Positions 33,046-44,800 of a stretch of 64,000 bases of DNA are shown in pieces. Each line of letters begins with the position of its first letter. The stretch's first letter is position 1. Under the pieces are notes generated by a model. That model had not been told where the DNA came from and did not search any database. It worked only from the letters and a program-made list of their open reading frames with translations. Origin of the DNA: Azolla caroliniana (lineage: Eukaryota; Plantae; Polypodiophyta). The position numbers and the translations under genes were made by a program. The stretch is from positions 10,540,001 through 10,604,000 of the forward strand of contig JBHGNT010000014.1 of assembly GCA_043228905.1 (NCBI GenBank), written 5' to 3'.

Positions 33046-36000
33046 GTTCCATTTGGTAATATTAGTATACAACTAATTGTAACCTTGATTGCTTTAATTA
33101 CTTTCCATGGTATTCTTTTTTAAGTAATACATATAATTGAAAATGTTAGTCATCAATTTGGTTGACATGTCTTGTTTACCAATAGACAGTATATAGTATG
33201 TGTAATGCGCAAAAAATGATTTATTAATCAGTCTTCCATTTCTTTTAAGAAGATATAAGTTTTGCCCACAACCCATATCGGTACAGTGAGCTTGATGTGG
33301 TAACTATCATATTGTGAAATGGAAACAAATTTAGGGTATGTAGTAGAAAATATAGGGAATAGACTAGTTAGGAAAAATATTAAGTAGGCATATAAGGAGA
33401 CATGTTACTATGCTTGTCTCAGAGTTTCAAAAGTAACTCTAGGAGTTCATTCCACGTAAATTTAGGGTTTATGGGCAAAATTCACAATTCAAGGAATGTT
33501 ACATAAGAAATTAATAATCTACATTTCAGATGATAAAAAACATTATCTGATTTTTGTTTAACATTGGTTTGAGCTTGACCATGAAAATTTACTATTTCTT
33601 GGTCTCATCTTTAATCTTCATTAAGTTTGGTCCGATGGTGTAGACTCACAATTAAAGGTGGCATGATACTTCTTTTTTATTGCAAGGTAAATTGATTATT
33701 GTACGTTAAGTACACATAGTTCTAAGTCTATTCAACTAATACTTCATAGGCCTTCAACTATTACTTTAGTTTCCTATGCATTCTAATCTTTAATGAAAAC
33801 TTAGAACTAATTGTATTCAAACTTGTCTACATTACTAATATTAGTTTAGTCTCCTACATTTAGTGTTGTTCAATAAAAACTTTTTAGTGAATGACACGAC
33901 AAACATGGAGAAAAAACATGTGGGCTATTTAGTGTAAGATAAATAAGTGATGTAGCCCATATGGAAGTAGGTAATGTCTAAAGTTGTGTATTATATGTCA
34001 TTTTAACTAATGGAGTATATTCTTATTTGGAAAAAAAAAAAAAAAAACTTTTTACTTTTCTTCCAATGTGCATCAGTACTAATAATGTTTTTACCCATGT
34101 TTAGTCTTTTTAAGTAATAACTTAGTATTGTCCTCCAAAGTGCATAAATGTTAATTATGTATTTACCGATATTTAGTACATTTAAATAACAATGTAGTAT
34201 TGTCCTCCCATGTGCATCAATACTAATTGTATATTTGCCTATATTTAGTATTTTTATATAACAACTTTGTATTGTTGTTCTATATGCATCATCACTAATT
34301 GTCTATTCACCTATGCTTAGTATTTTGAATAATAACTTAGTATTGCTATCAAATGTGCATCAATACTAATTATGTGTTTACCCATGTTTAGTATTTTTAA
34401 ATGAAAACTTAGTATTGTCATCCCATAAGTGTTAGTACTAACTTTCTACTCACTTATGTTTAGTATCTATAAATAATAACTTAGTACTGTCCTCTCACGT
34501 GCATTGGTACTAATTGTGTATTTACCAAAGTTTAATCTTTTTAAATAAAAACTTAACACTATCCCCCCATGTGTGTCATCACTAATTTTTTATTCACGTA
34601 TGTTTAGTATCTATAAATAATAACTTAGTACTATCCTCCCATGTGCATCAGTACTAATTATGTATTTACCTAAGTTTAGTATTTTTAAATAAAAGTTAGT
34701 ACTATCCTCCCATGTGCATCAATGCTAATTGTATATTTACCCAAATGTAGTATTTTTAAATAAAAACTTAGTACTATCCTCCCATGTGTGTCAGTACTAA
34801 TTTTCTACTCACTTATGTTTAGTATTTTTAAATAACAACTTAGTACTATCCTCCCATGTTAATCAGTACTAATTGTCTATGCACGTGTTTAGTATAGATA
34901 TAAATAAAAATTGACTATTGTCCTCCCATGTGAAACAGTACTAATTGTCTATTCACGTATGTTTAGTATCTATAGGTAATAACTTAGTATTGTGCTCCAT
35001 GTGCATCAGTACTAATTTACAACATAATATTATCCTTAATTTAAAACTTAGTATTTTCCTCCCACATGCACAAGTACTTCTTATGTTTTAAGCCATATAA
35101 AATATCCTTAATTTACAACATAATACTATTCTCCCACGTCTATCAGTACTAATTCTATTTTAAGCCATGTTAAGTATTCTCAATTTACAACTTAGCATTG
35201 TCCTCTCACATGAATCAATACTAATTATATTTTAAGCCTTGTAAAGTATTCTTAATTTACAACTTAGTATTGTCCTCGCACATGCACAAGTACTAATTAT
35301 GTTTTAAGCCATGTAAAATATTCTTAATTTACACCATAGTACTATCCTCCCACGTCTATAGTACTAATTCTGTTTTAAGCCATGTTAAGTATTCTTAATT
35401 TACAACTTAGTACTTTCCTCTCACATGAATCAATACTAATTATGTTTTAAGCATGTTAAGTATTCTTAATTTACAACTTACTAATGTCCTCCCACGTGCA
35501 CAAGTATTGATTATGGTTTAAGCCATGTAAAGTATTCTTAATTTACAACTTAGTATTATCCTCCCACATCTATCAGTACTAATTCTGTTTTAAGAAATCT
35601 TAAGTATTCTTAATTTACAACTTAGTAATGTCCTCCCACGTGAATCAATATTAATTATGTTTTAAGGCATGTTAAGTATTGTTTGGCTACCTGTGATGTA
35701 CTAACTTAGAACTGTTACTAATGTTTGTTGGCTACGTATGATGCAAAATGCCCATGTACTTCTCATTGACCAACATTAGGATGCAATGGAACTACTTCAA
35801 GTGTGGACATGGAAAGGGAGAGCATGATGGGGCGGGAGGTTGTGATCAAGCATGCTCTTATAAGCAAGAAGGTGGATAATAAAGGTGCTAAGTTACAAAA
35901 TGCACGTGATGTTGTGGAGTGGCTAACATAAAAGATGTCAAATGATGGTAAGAATAGATTGTTTATTGAGATTCATGCTAATGAGCTGGATAGAAGTAAA

Positions 36001-36192
36001 TCATATGGTTGTAAAATTGTGAAAAGGACGTGTAAGATCCATCGCTCTTTAGGATTTTGTCACAAGAACACAACACAATTGTTATTTCGCAGTTTATCAT
36101 GCTTTTGTTCCATCTGTATTATAGGTGAATCTTGGGATGAATGCACTAATCTATCAGTCGTGGAGTCAGGGAAGTTGCAGAAGCTTGAGATT
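33046..36192 (+). mobile_element. Degenerate spliced DNA-transposon transposase gene, Sola2-like
   Basis: Upstream exon remnants VKWKQ, YISDDKKH..FV.H.F and VWSDGVDSQLK...FFIAR, ending at a GT donor (33687). Downstream exon MQWNYFKCGHGKGEHDGAGG (35781-35843), LQNARDVVEWL and RSLSCFCSIC. Truncated at ~36192. Confidence 0.7.
34048..35680. repeat. 72-bp tandem satellite (~23 units) inside the transposase intron
   Basis: Motif cttagta(c/t)t.tcctccca recurs every 71-72 bp (34121, 34193, ... 34624, ... 35263, ... 35621). Confidence 0.95.
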
Positions 36193-39100
36193 CTTGTACC
36201 GGTTGACCGAGCCATCGGTGTTGTACTTGACCTTGTACACCCACCTACACCCGATCGGTTTTACCCCTTTTGGTGCATCAACCAGGTCCTAGGTCTCGTT
36301 CTCAGCCAATGCGTGCATCTCTTCCTCCATCGCGGCACGCCAATTTGCGTTTTTAGCCGCTTCTGCGTAGCTCTCTGGCTCACGCACTTCCGCTACACGG
36401 GTCATGTACGCATAATGATGCGCCATGTACTCGTTGTATCCGAACCACACAACTGGGTTCTTTTGGCGGGTAGATCGGCGTAATCTCACATTAGCCGATG
36501 TCGAGGCCTTCTCGGTCGACGCGGTATTCATCTTTAAAGACCTGTCACCGGTTCCCTCGGAGTCGGACTCACGTCGATCTGACTCGTTCCTTTCCGTGCC
36601 AGAATCCGACACCTTCTTCTTCCCTTTCTCTTTGCGCGTAAGCCGTCTCCTCGGCTTCCTGCGTGGGGAGTGCACGGCCGAGTCTCCACTACTCGCCGGC
36701 TCTTCATCGAACTGGTCGTACCGACTCAGTCGTCCAATCGGTCCACTTAACCAGAGTGAAATCGGACTCTCTTCGCGGGTCTCGATTTCGGGCTCATCCG
36801 GAGGCATCTCGACCTCGCTGACCTCATCGTCAGAGCTCGGATTGGAGTCGAGGTTCGTAGTCGTGGGCAGGTACCAAGACGCGGACTCGTCAAACACAAC
36901 GTCGCGGCTGACACGCGCTTGTTTGGTGCCAGGGTTATAGCACTTATAACCCTTCTGCTCGTCCGAGTAACCGACCAAGATGCATTTCTCGGCCTTTGCG
37001 TCCAGCGTCCTCCTTTTCTCCTTCGGTACATGCACATACGCAATGCTACCGAACACCCTCAAGTGTCGCAAGTTCGGCTTCGTTCCGAAATATAGCTCGT
37101 GCGCCGACACTTTGTCTCCAATCCGGTTCTGGATGTATACCGCGGTCCTTACCGCCTCGGCCCAGTAGAACTTGGGCAAGCTCTTCTCCTCCAGCATTGC
37201 CCGTGCCGCTTCCATAACTGACCGATTCTTTCTCTCGGCCACGCCACCGTTCTGCTCTAGCGTGTATCTACAACTGAATTCGCGGCGAATTCCCATTTGT
37301 TGTAGGTAACCGTTGAATTGACCGGAAAAGTACTCTTTCCCGCCATCCGACCACAGGCACTTGATCTTTCGTCCCATTTCCGTTTCCACGAACCCTTTGA
37401 GGTCCCGAAAACAGTCGAAGACTTCGCTCTTCCTCTCAATGAGGTAGATCCACGTGTGCCACGTGTGGTCGTCGATGAAGGAGACGAAATATCGGCTCCC
37501 GCCAAGACTAACGTTTTGTGCCGGCCCCCACACATCCGAGTGTATAAGGTCGAGCTTGTTCCGGCTCCGGTTTCGCTCGTTGGGGAAAGGAAGTCGGTGT
37601 TGCTTCCCGAGCTGGCAGGCTTCACAAATTTGTGCCTTTCGGCCACTAAACTTGGGCAATCCGAACACTACCTGTTTCGATTGCAGATCTTGAAGCCGCT
37701 GGTGGTTGACGTGGCCTATCCGCTTGTGCCACAAGTCGATGTCCGACTCGGTCTTTTGTCCCTTTGCGAACATTGTGGTGCCGTCGTCAGTGGAGTCGAG
37801 GATGAACATCCTCCCGTCTCTGCGCCCTTGCGCAATCACTCAGCCTTCTTCCTCAATGAAGCACCCGAGGTGTGTAAACCGAACCTCCATCCCTTGGTCG
37901 ACGATCTGTCCGACCGAGACCAAGTTCTTTGTGATTGTCGAAACGTGCAGCACGTTCATGAGTTTCCCTTTCTGCCCGACATGGCTAAGGGGAACTTCTC
38001 CGACATTTGCGATCGGATGCGGAGTGTCGTCTCCAGTTGCGACTACTCCAGGTTGTATCAATTTTTCAAGGTACGAGAACCACTCCTTATGGCTCGTCAT
38101 GTGGTTTGACGCGCCGGAGTCTACGTACCACACCTCGTGCGATCTTGGGGTGTTCTGTTTCATTGAGTTTGCTTCGTGTCTCGTCACGAAGACAGACCCT
38201 TCTCCGGCTCTCCCGGAGTCTTCGGCGTAGTGTGATCGCTGCCGATTTCCCTTGTCGGTATGTCTGGAGCCGTTCACGGAACCAGTTCTCTCCGAATCGG
38301 CGCGCTTCTTCCAGCACTCACTTTCCCTGTGGCCTTTCTTGCCACAGTACCAGCACTCCGCGATGGACTTCCCTTGCCGGTTCTCATCGCTTCGACTCCC
38401 CCTGTTTCCGGAGGGTCCGAAGTTGCTATCGGCATCACTTCGGTGCCTTCTTTCCTGATCTCGTCGGCCGCCTCCATTGCGCCCCGACTCGCCTCGTCCT
38501 CCACGTCCACGAGGCCTATCTCCCTCCGTGTACAGCATTCTACTGTCGGTGTGCGTGCTTGTAGACACACCCGCGTGGTTCTCCTCTACCAGGAGCATCG
38601 ACTGTAAGTCGAAAAAGGATGGCGTATTCTCCCGGGTACACACAGCCATTCGGAACGCTCCGAACTTCGACGCCAAACCTCCAAGACAGATCTAGACCAT
38701 CTCGCTCTCCTCGATGTTCACCTCTATGGAGGCGAGGGAGTCGCAGATATCCTTGATCTTCGAGGTATAGTCCGCCACCGACAAGTCGCGTTGTCGTAGG
38801 TTGCTCAACTCCTGTCGGAGCTGAAGCTTCCTGGCTGTGGTGCTCGCGGCGAAAATCTTCTTCAGATTTTCCCACGCACCCTTCGGCGTCTTTGCATCCC
38901 GAACATAGCTCAATAGTTGTTCGCCCACGTCATTAGCTCCTTCGACATAACTCCAGTAGCTGTGCCCGAGCAGGTACTGGTGCATCTTGTAGGACCAAGA
39001 CGCGTAGTTGGTTCTGTCGAGCTTCTCTGTTGGAAGCAAGCTCACCATGCCTCTATCCATCGTTCTTCTCGTTCTTCTTCGTCAAGCTGTGTCGGCTGCA

Positions 39101-39521
39101 GAGAGGTTCTCAACCCTCACGCTCTGATACCATGTAAAAAGTAACATGCGGAAGCAAGTATGAAGACCGAACAGAAGGAAGGAAAAACAGGTTCAATGGA
39201 GAGCTTGAGCTTAAGCGGTATACGCGGGAGAGACAGAGAGAGAAAAAACACAAAAAACTATATTCAACAATAATACTCAGTCTGTACATAAGACGTGCTC
39301 AGTGAGCACTTTTATACAAGTCCTAGAAGGACTGACCGAAGTACTGACAGTACTTCAATGCTCATCAAGAGCCCCTACACTAACTCCCAAATATATTCCT
39401 CACGGAATATCTTTCCTAACGACCTCCCGGTTTACGCACTCGGCCTAACCGATCGGTCCCAACCGATCCGGTCCTCAGCTTCTTCAGCCGATCCGGCCGA
39501 TGTTGAGCTTGTCTCCCAACA
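36193..39521 (-). mobile_element. Ty1/copia element, 3'-truncated within RT
   Basis: 5' LTR 39521-39133, PBS TGGTATCAGAGC at 39132-39121, gag, CWYCGKKGHRESEC, WYVDSGASNHM, IHSDVWGP and the start of RT. ORFs 38692-39060, 37840-38676 and 36289-37839 are separated by stops. Confidence 0.93.
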
Positions 39522-40792
39522 CAGCACTTCACCGAAATGCTTGGTGTTCAGCATCTCGACGTGCCACACTTGAGGGGGAGAATGGGCAAAGACACCACCG
39601 GAACAGGCAAAGGCAAAGAGACTGCCGATTGCGTCGGTGGGGGAAGAACCGACAAGGGGAGAGACAGGAAGAAGAAAGGAGCTGAGTCGACAAAGAAAGT
39701 TGACACATCCGAACAAGTCGGAACAAGAGGCAACAGAGGCAGAGTCAAGAAGGACAGAGCCGACCGAAAGAAGAAGGCCAAGACCCAGACATGGTCCAAT
39801 GTGGTGAAGGGCCTGGAACCAGAAGACGAATCGGGAGCAACCGATTCAAACAAGAGCTGGAACGAATCGGAGACAGCCGATTCGGTTCTATAGAAGGATT
39901 CGGAAGAACCAGATCAATTCAAGGCCAAGAGGACAAGAAGGTAGCAAAAGTCGATGCCAACACGAAGGGATCGGCGAATCAGCAAAAGCCAAAGTCAAAA
40001 CAGTGAGGGAGCTTAATTGGGCCTGTTGAGCAGACAAGCCGACCAAGGAAGTCGAGGTGTGCAAGAATAGAAGGGTCGTAGCAAATGGGACCGGACCGGA
40101 CCAGGAGCGCGAGCGAGGCGGAGTGACGCCAGGAGGAGCCAGGTGGAAGGACCGGCTACCATAGAGACTGACACTACGATCCGACCTCAAGTTGAGCTTG
40201 AGGGGGAGTGTTGAGCGACAAGCTCAACCGGATCAAGATCAGCTGAATAAGCCTAAGCCAGATCGGCATCCAGAAGGATGAGCCAGTGAGCAAGTGAGCC
40301 GGTGAACTGGGGAGCCGGTTAGCTGGATCAAGCAGTAACCGGAAGCCAAGTAGCAGCTAGTCTACTAGGGAATTAATATCTTGGTAGCCAATTCTTTACA
40401 TGGTATCCGAGCTATTGGTAGCTTGATCCAAGCCCGTCGCTTTGGCGTGTGTTGTGTCTAATCACGTGTTCACAAAGAACCAACTGATCGTTGTCCCAAC
40501 GACCTACACAATTCGAATAAAGAGAAGAATAAGTCGCTCCACCCGAGAGAAGAACGTAGTCAACCGATTCGGCTACAACGACTACATGGCATATCATTAT
40601 GCATTCATGATGAAGGTGGCAACAGTCCAAGAGCCAGAAACCTTTTTCGAAGCGCTAAAGACCCACGATGGGTTGAAGCGATGAATGAGGAGATGCAACA
40701 GTCAATCGATACAAGGCTCAACTTGGGGCGAAGGGCTACACGCAGATGCACGGTGTCGATTATGAAGAGACCTTTGCCCCGATGACAAAGAT
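39522..40792 (+). mobile_element. Related copia fragments: 3' end, PPT, short LTR (40209-40400), PBS and deleted internal piece
   Basis: PPT GAGGGGGAG before TGTTGAGCGACAAGCTCAAC, which resembles the start of the neighbouring LTR. ...TTTACA is followed by TGGTATCCGAGC. Then RFGYNDYMAYHYAFM...EPETF and DYEETFAP. Confidence 0.75.
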
Positions 40793-41866
40793 TGTTGGCC
40801 AGGTCAGACGTCCAACTGTAGAAAGGACGGAAGACGGTTAGAAAGAGTAAAAGGAATGGGTAGGGCCAAGTAATTATTAGGCAAGAAATAGACTGCTGTA
40901 AAAATAGAAAAGGTATTGAATTGTCGTAACGGTTCACAAATAGATGTAATCGTCCATGAGCCTATATAAAGGGCCATGGAAATCTTGTAAAGCTAATCGA
41001 AAAATTTGTGTATCATTGCGCTTAATAGAATCTTGTTTGCCTCTGATACTCTAAGTAACTATGCTATCTTTAATTTGTGTTGAGTTCACGTTCTGCGTAA
41101 TCACGTGTATACAATCGGTTGTAGTCGTTTTGTCATCTCCACAAATCGCACAGTCTCCGTTCAATTCACGCGTAAGTTCTGTAGTTCGAAATCATCGAAC
41201 AAGTTTGTGGTGAAGCGACTCCCTTTTTCCCCCGACCACAAGACCTTGAGTCGAATTGCCAAAAGATCGGAAGTTTGGCACCATGTTATCCTACACTGAT
41301 AACACTTTTGGGATGTCTGGTTGATCTGTGAGCACACAAAAGAACATCGGGGAATGGATGTCGTCCAACTGAAGAGGCAACAAAGAGACAACACGACGAG
41401 GTAAACCATAGACTCGGCCAGAATCCCGACAAGGCGGCAAAGCTCGCCTTGGGAAAGTTGCGCCTCGACACCTTCTTGCCGGATCTCGACGAAAGCGTGT
41501 TCGACTCCACGCTCACCGAGCACAGCACCATTGGACAGGAGGTCCTCTCCCCAATTCATCCGATCGATGAAAGCACTAGTGGAAGTAATTTTGAGGCCTA
41601 CCACAACGATAACCACACACCGTTTCCGACAGATCACACCCACAACAGCCTCGGACTTTACACTTTCGACACCATGACATTCCCATACCCACGTTACAAT
41701 GGTGAACCCGATGCTGAAGCTAACCAGGTCTCACAACGACTACGAGAAGCCAAGGCCAATGCGTCGAAAATCGCAGAATTTGGCCTCACTCTCAAGGGAA
41801 GAGTGGTGTGTTGGCACTTGCAGTTCGATTTGGCTACATTCACAACTTTCGATCAAATGTGCATAG

Positions 41867-44800
41867 TGAAAGAGTTTCACTCCGATTCGAAATCAGAAAT
41901 TGAACTTAGACGCAAACAGGAAATAAGAAAGAACACACAATTTACGTGGAAAACCCTGATTTAGGGAAAAACCACGGATCAGAGCTTTCACTATGAGAAA
42001 TGACAGAATACAATCATAGAACAATGAAACCTGATTTGGTATGAGCATGTACTGAAACCACGATTTTAGTCAAGCTCTTCAAACTCTAGCACGCAGGTGA
42101 CTATTCCTTCTGAAGCTTCCGAAGCTTCTCTGTCTTTTTCTCTTTTGCTTCACACTTCTTTTCTTCTTACTTAGCTTCTGAGTACGTATACTCTTACACA
42201 GCCACTACTATGCAGAAAACCAGTCGTTCTCAGATTTACCACACACACGCTACTCGTTTTTCTCTCATATATATATATCTCACACCCTCACATACGCTAT
42301 GTAGGTTTTCCCCTTTTCTCACTATTTCACTCTTAGTGAGTTATCCCACATACAGGCGCACTGCCAGGCCTGTCAACATATATATACTAAGTCGTTTTCT
42401 TCTTTGAATGTAGAAGACATATGTATATGTATATGTGTGTCTATTCGACTGATTACGAATTTGACTCTCTCACCGAATTCGATCAGCTAACCCCCGATTC
42501 GGTTCTTCGTAACTGACTATTCTTTTACTTTCCGAATTTCGACCAAATTCGGTAATTCGGTTTTTCGGCCGATTTCAGTAATTCGACTCTTTTCGGCTTT
42601 TCGGCCGATTTCGACCAGTCGACACTCAAGTCGACTTTTCGGCCGACTCCCCCGCAAGGAGGGACGCCTTTACACAACAAACTCCCCCTTCACTCCTGTA
42701 GGGGGAGAACCAACCAAGCCAATCTTATTCCGGCATGCAACAAGTTTTTCCATAGGCAAAAATTTTGTGAGCATGTCTGAGCCATTTTCTTCAGTGGGGA
42801 TCTTAGATAGAACAAACTCATTTTCTTCCACTCTTTCTCTTAACCAATGGTACCTTCTTTGAATGTGCTTTGTACGAGAGTGGTAGGTAGCATTTTTAGC
42901 CAGATGGATAGCACTTTGATTGTCACAATGAAGTAAGTACTTGTCTTGCTTCAATCCTAGTTCATTCAAGAACTCTCTCATCCAAATCAGTTCTTTTCCG
43001 GCTTCCACTGCAGCCATATACTCAGCCTCGGTGGTAGACAAAGCCACAACCTTTTGCAATCTTCATTGCCATGACACAGCTCCCCCTGAATACTTCATCA
43101 CATACCCTGATGTGGATCGGCTAGTATCTACATCACCCGACATGTCAGAATCTGTAAAACCTTCTAGCACAGGTTTCCCGGAGCCATATCTAAGACATAC
43201 ATTCGAAGTTCCTTTGAGGTATCTAAGAATCCATTTCACAGCTTCCCAATGCTCCCTTCCAGGATTTCCCATGTATCGACTAACTGTCCCGACAGCAAAT
43301 GCAATGTCCGGCCTTGTGCAAACCATAGCATACATAAGGCTACCAACCGCAGAGGCATACGGCACTCTTCTCATCTCTGCCTTATCTTTCTCAGATTTCA
43401 GACATTGTCCTGAATTTAACTTACAGTCCATTGGCAATGGAGATCCGACTGATTTTGCATCGCACATATTAAACCTTTGCAAAACTTTTGTCACATATTT
43501 CTCTTGTGACAGCCATAGCAAGTTTTCAGTCCTGTCCCGGACTATATGCATTCCCAAAATTTGTTTTGCCGGTCCTAAGTCTTTCATGGCAAATGATTTG
43601 CTCAATGATTTCTTCAAGCTTGCAATCTTTTTGACATCCTGTCCAACAACCAACATATCATCCACATACAACAACAGAATAAGAAAGTCACCCTCATTAT
43701 ACCTTTTCACAAATACACAATGATCAGCTTGTGTTTTGTGGAATCCATGTTCCAACATGAAGGACTCAAATTTCTTATACCATTGTCGTGGAGCTTGCTT
43801 TAAACCATACAAGCTTTTCTTCAACCTACACACGAGATTTTCTTTTCCTTTTACCTCAAAGCCCTCCGGTTGTTGCATATAGATTTCCTCTTCTAGCTCA
43901 CCATGCAAGAAGGCTGTTTTAACATCTAGTTGTTCAATTTCAAGATTCATACTAGCGGCCATACTCAAGACAGTCCGAATAGAGGTCATTTTTACAACTG
44001 GGGCAAAAATCTCATCAAAGTCAACACCCTTTTCTGTTGGAAACCCTTTACGACGATACGGGCCTTATACCTGGGTGTACTACCATCTTCACCAGTCTTT
44101 AATTTGTAGACCCATTTGTTTCTAAGTGCCTTCTTACCATCAGGCAACTCCATCAGCTCATAAGTTAGGTTCTCATGCAAGGAATCCATTTCTTCTTGCA
44201 TGGCATTATACCACTTCTCCTTGTGTACATCAGTCATGGCCTCTTCATAGCATTCTGGTTCCCCTTCATCAGTCAAGAGAACATATTGACTGGCTGGATA
44301 TCTAGAAGAGACCTTCCTTTGTCTTCGTGGATATCTTCTCCCTTCAATAATTGGCTGATGGCCGTTTTCTTCCAGCAACTCATCTTCCGACTCCAATTCG
44401 TGTGTATCAGTCAGATGTTGGGTGTCGACCGACTCAGATTGTTGTTGGGTGTCGATCGACTCAAATTCAATTTCATTAGCCGATTGTTGTGTGGGAGTCG
44501 GATCGACTAGTATTGACTCCATAGCAGTGATCGATTTGGGAGACGACTCTGGTCTTTGTTGCTCCCAGTCCTCGATTGTCTTGTCTTCCATGAATATGAC
44601 ATCTCGACTTCTTATCACTTTCTTGTCAAGGAGATCCCACATTCTGTACCCGAACTCGTCTTCCGAGTACCCCAAGAATATACAAGGTTTGGACTTGCTG
44701 TCCAGTTTTGACCTCTAATCTTTAGCAACATGTACATAGGCCAAACATCCAAACACCTTTAAGTGCTGGTAAGACACATTTCTTCTTGTCCACACTCTTT

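Noticed and set aside
34048-35680. CRISPR-like array
   Set aside because: Whole 72-bp units are homologous, the variable parts recur periodically instead of being unique spacers, there are no cas genes, and the context is eukaryotic.
35935-36483. 182-aa ORF as a real chimeric gene
   Set aside because: Accidental read-through from the transposase remnant into antisense copia RT across a deletion junction at ~36192.
42941-43723. Long antisense ORFs over copia and gypsy pol (also 37318-38109, 14142-14774)
   Set aside because: Antisense shadows of coding sequence with no recognisable domains.
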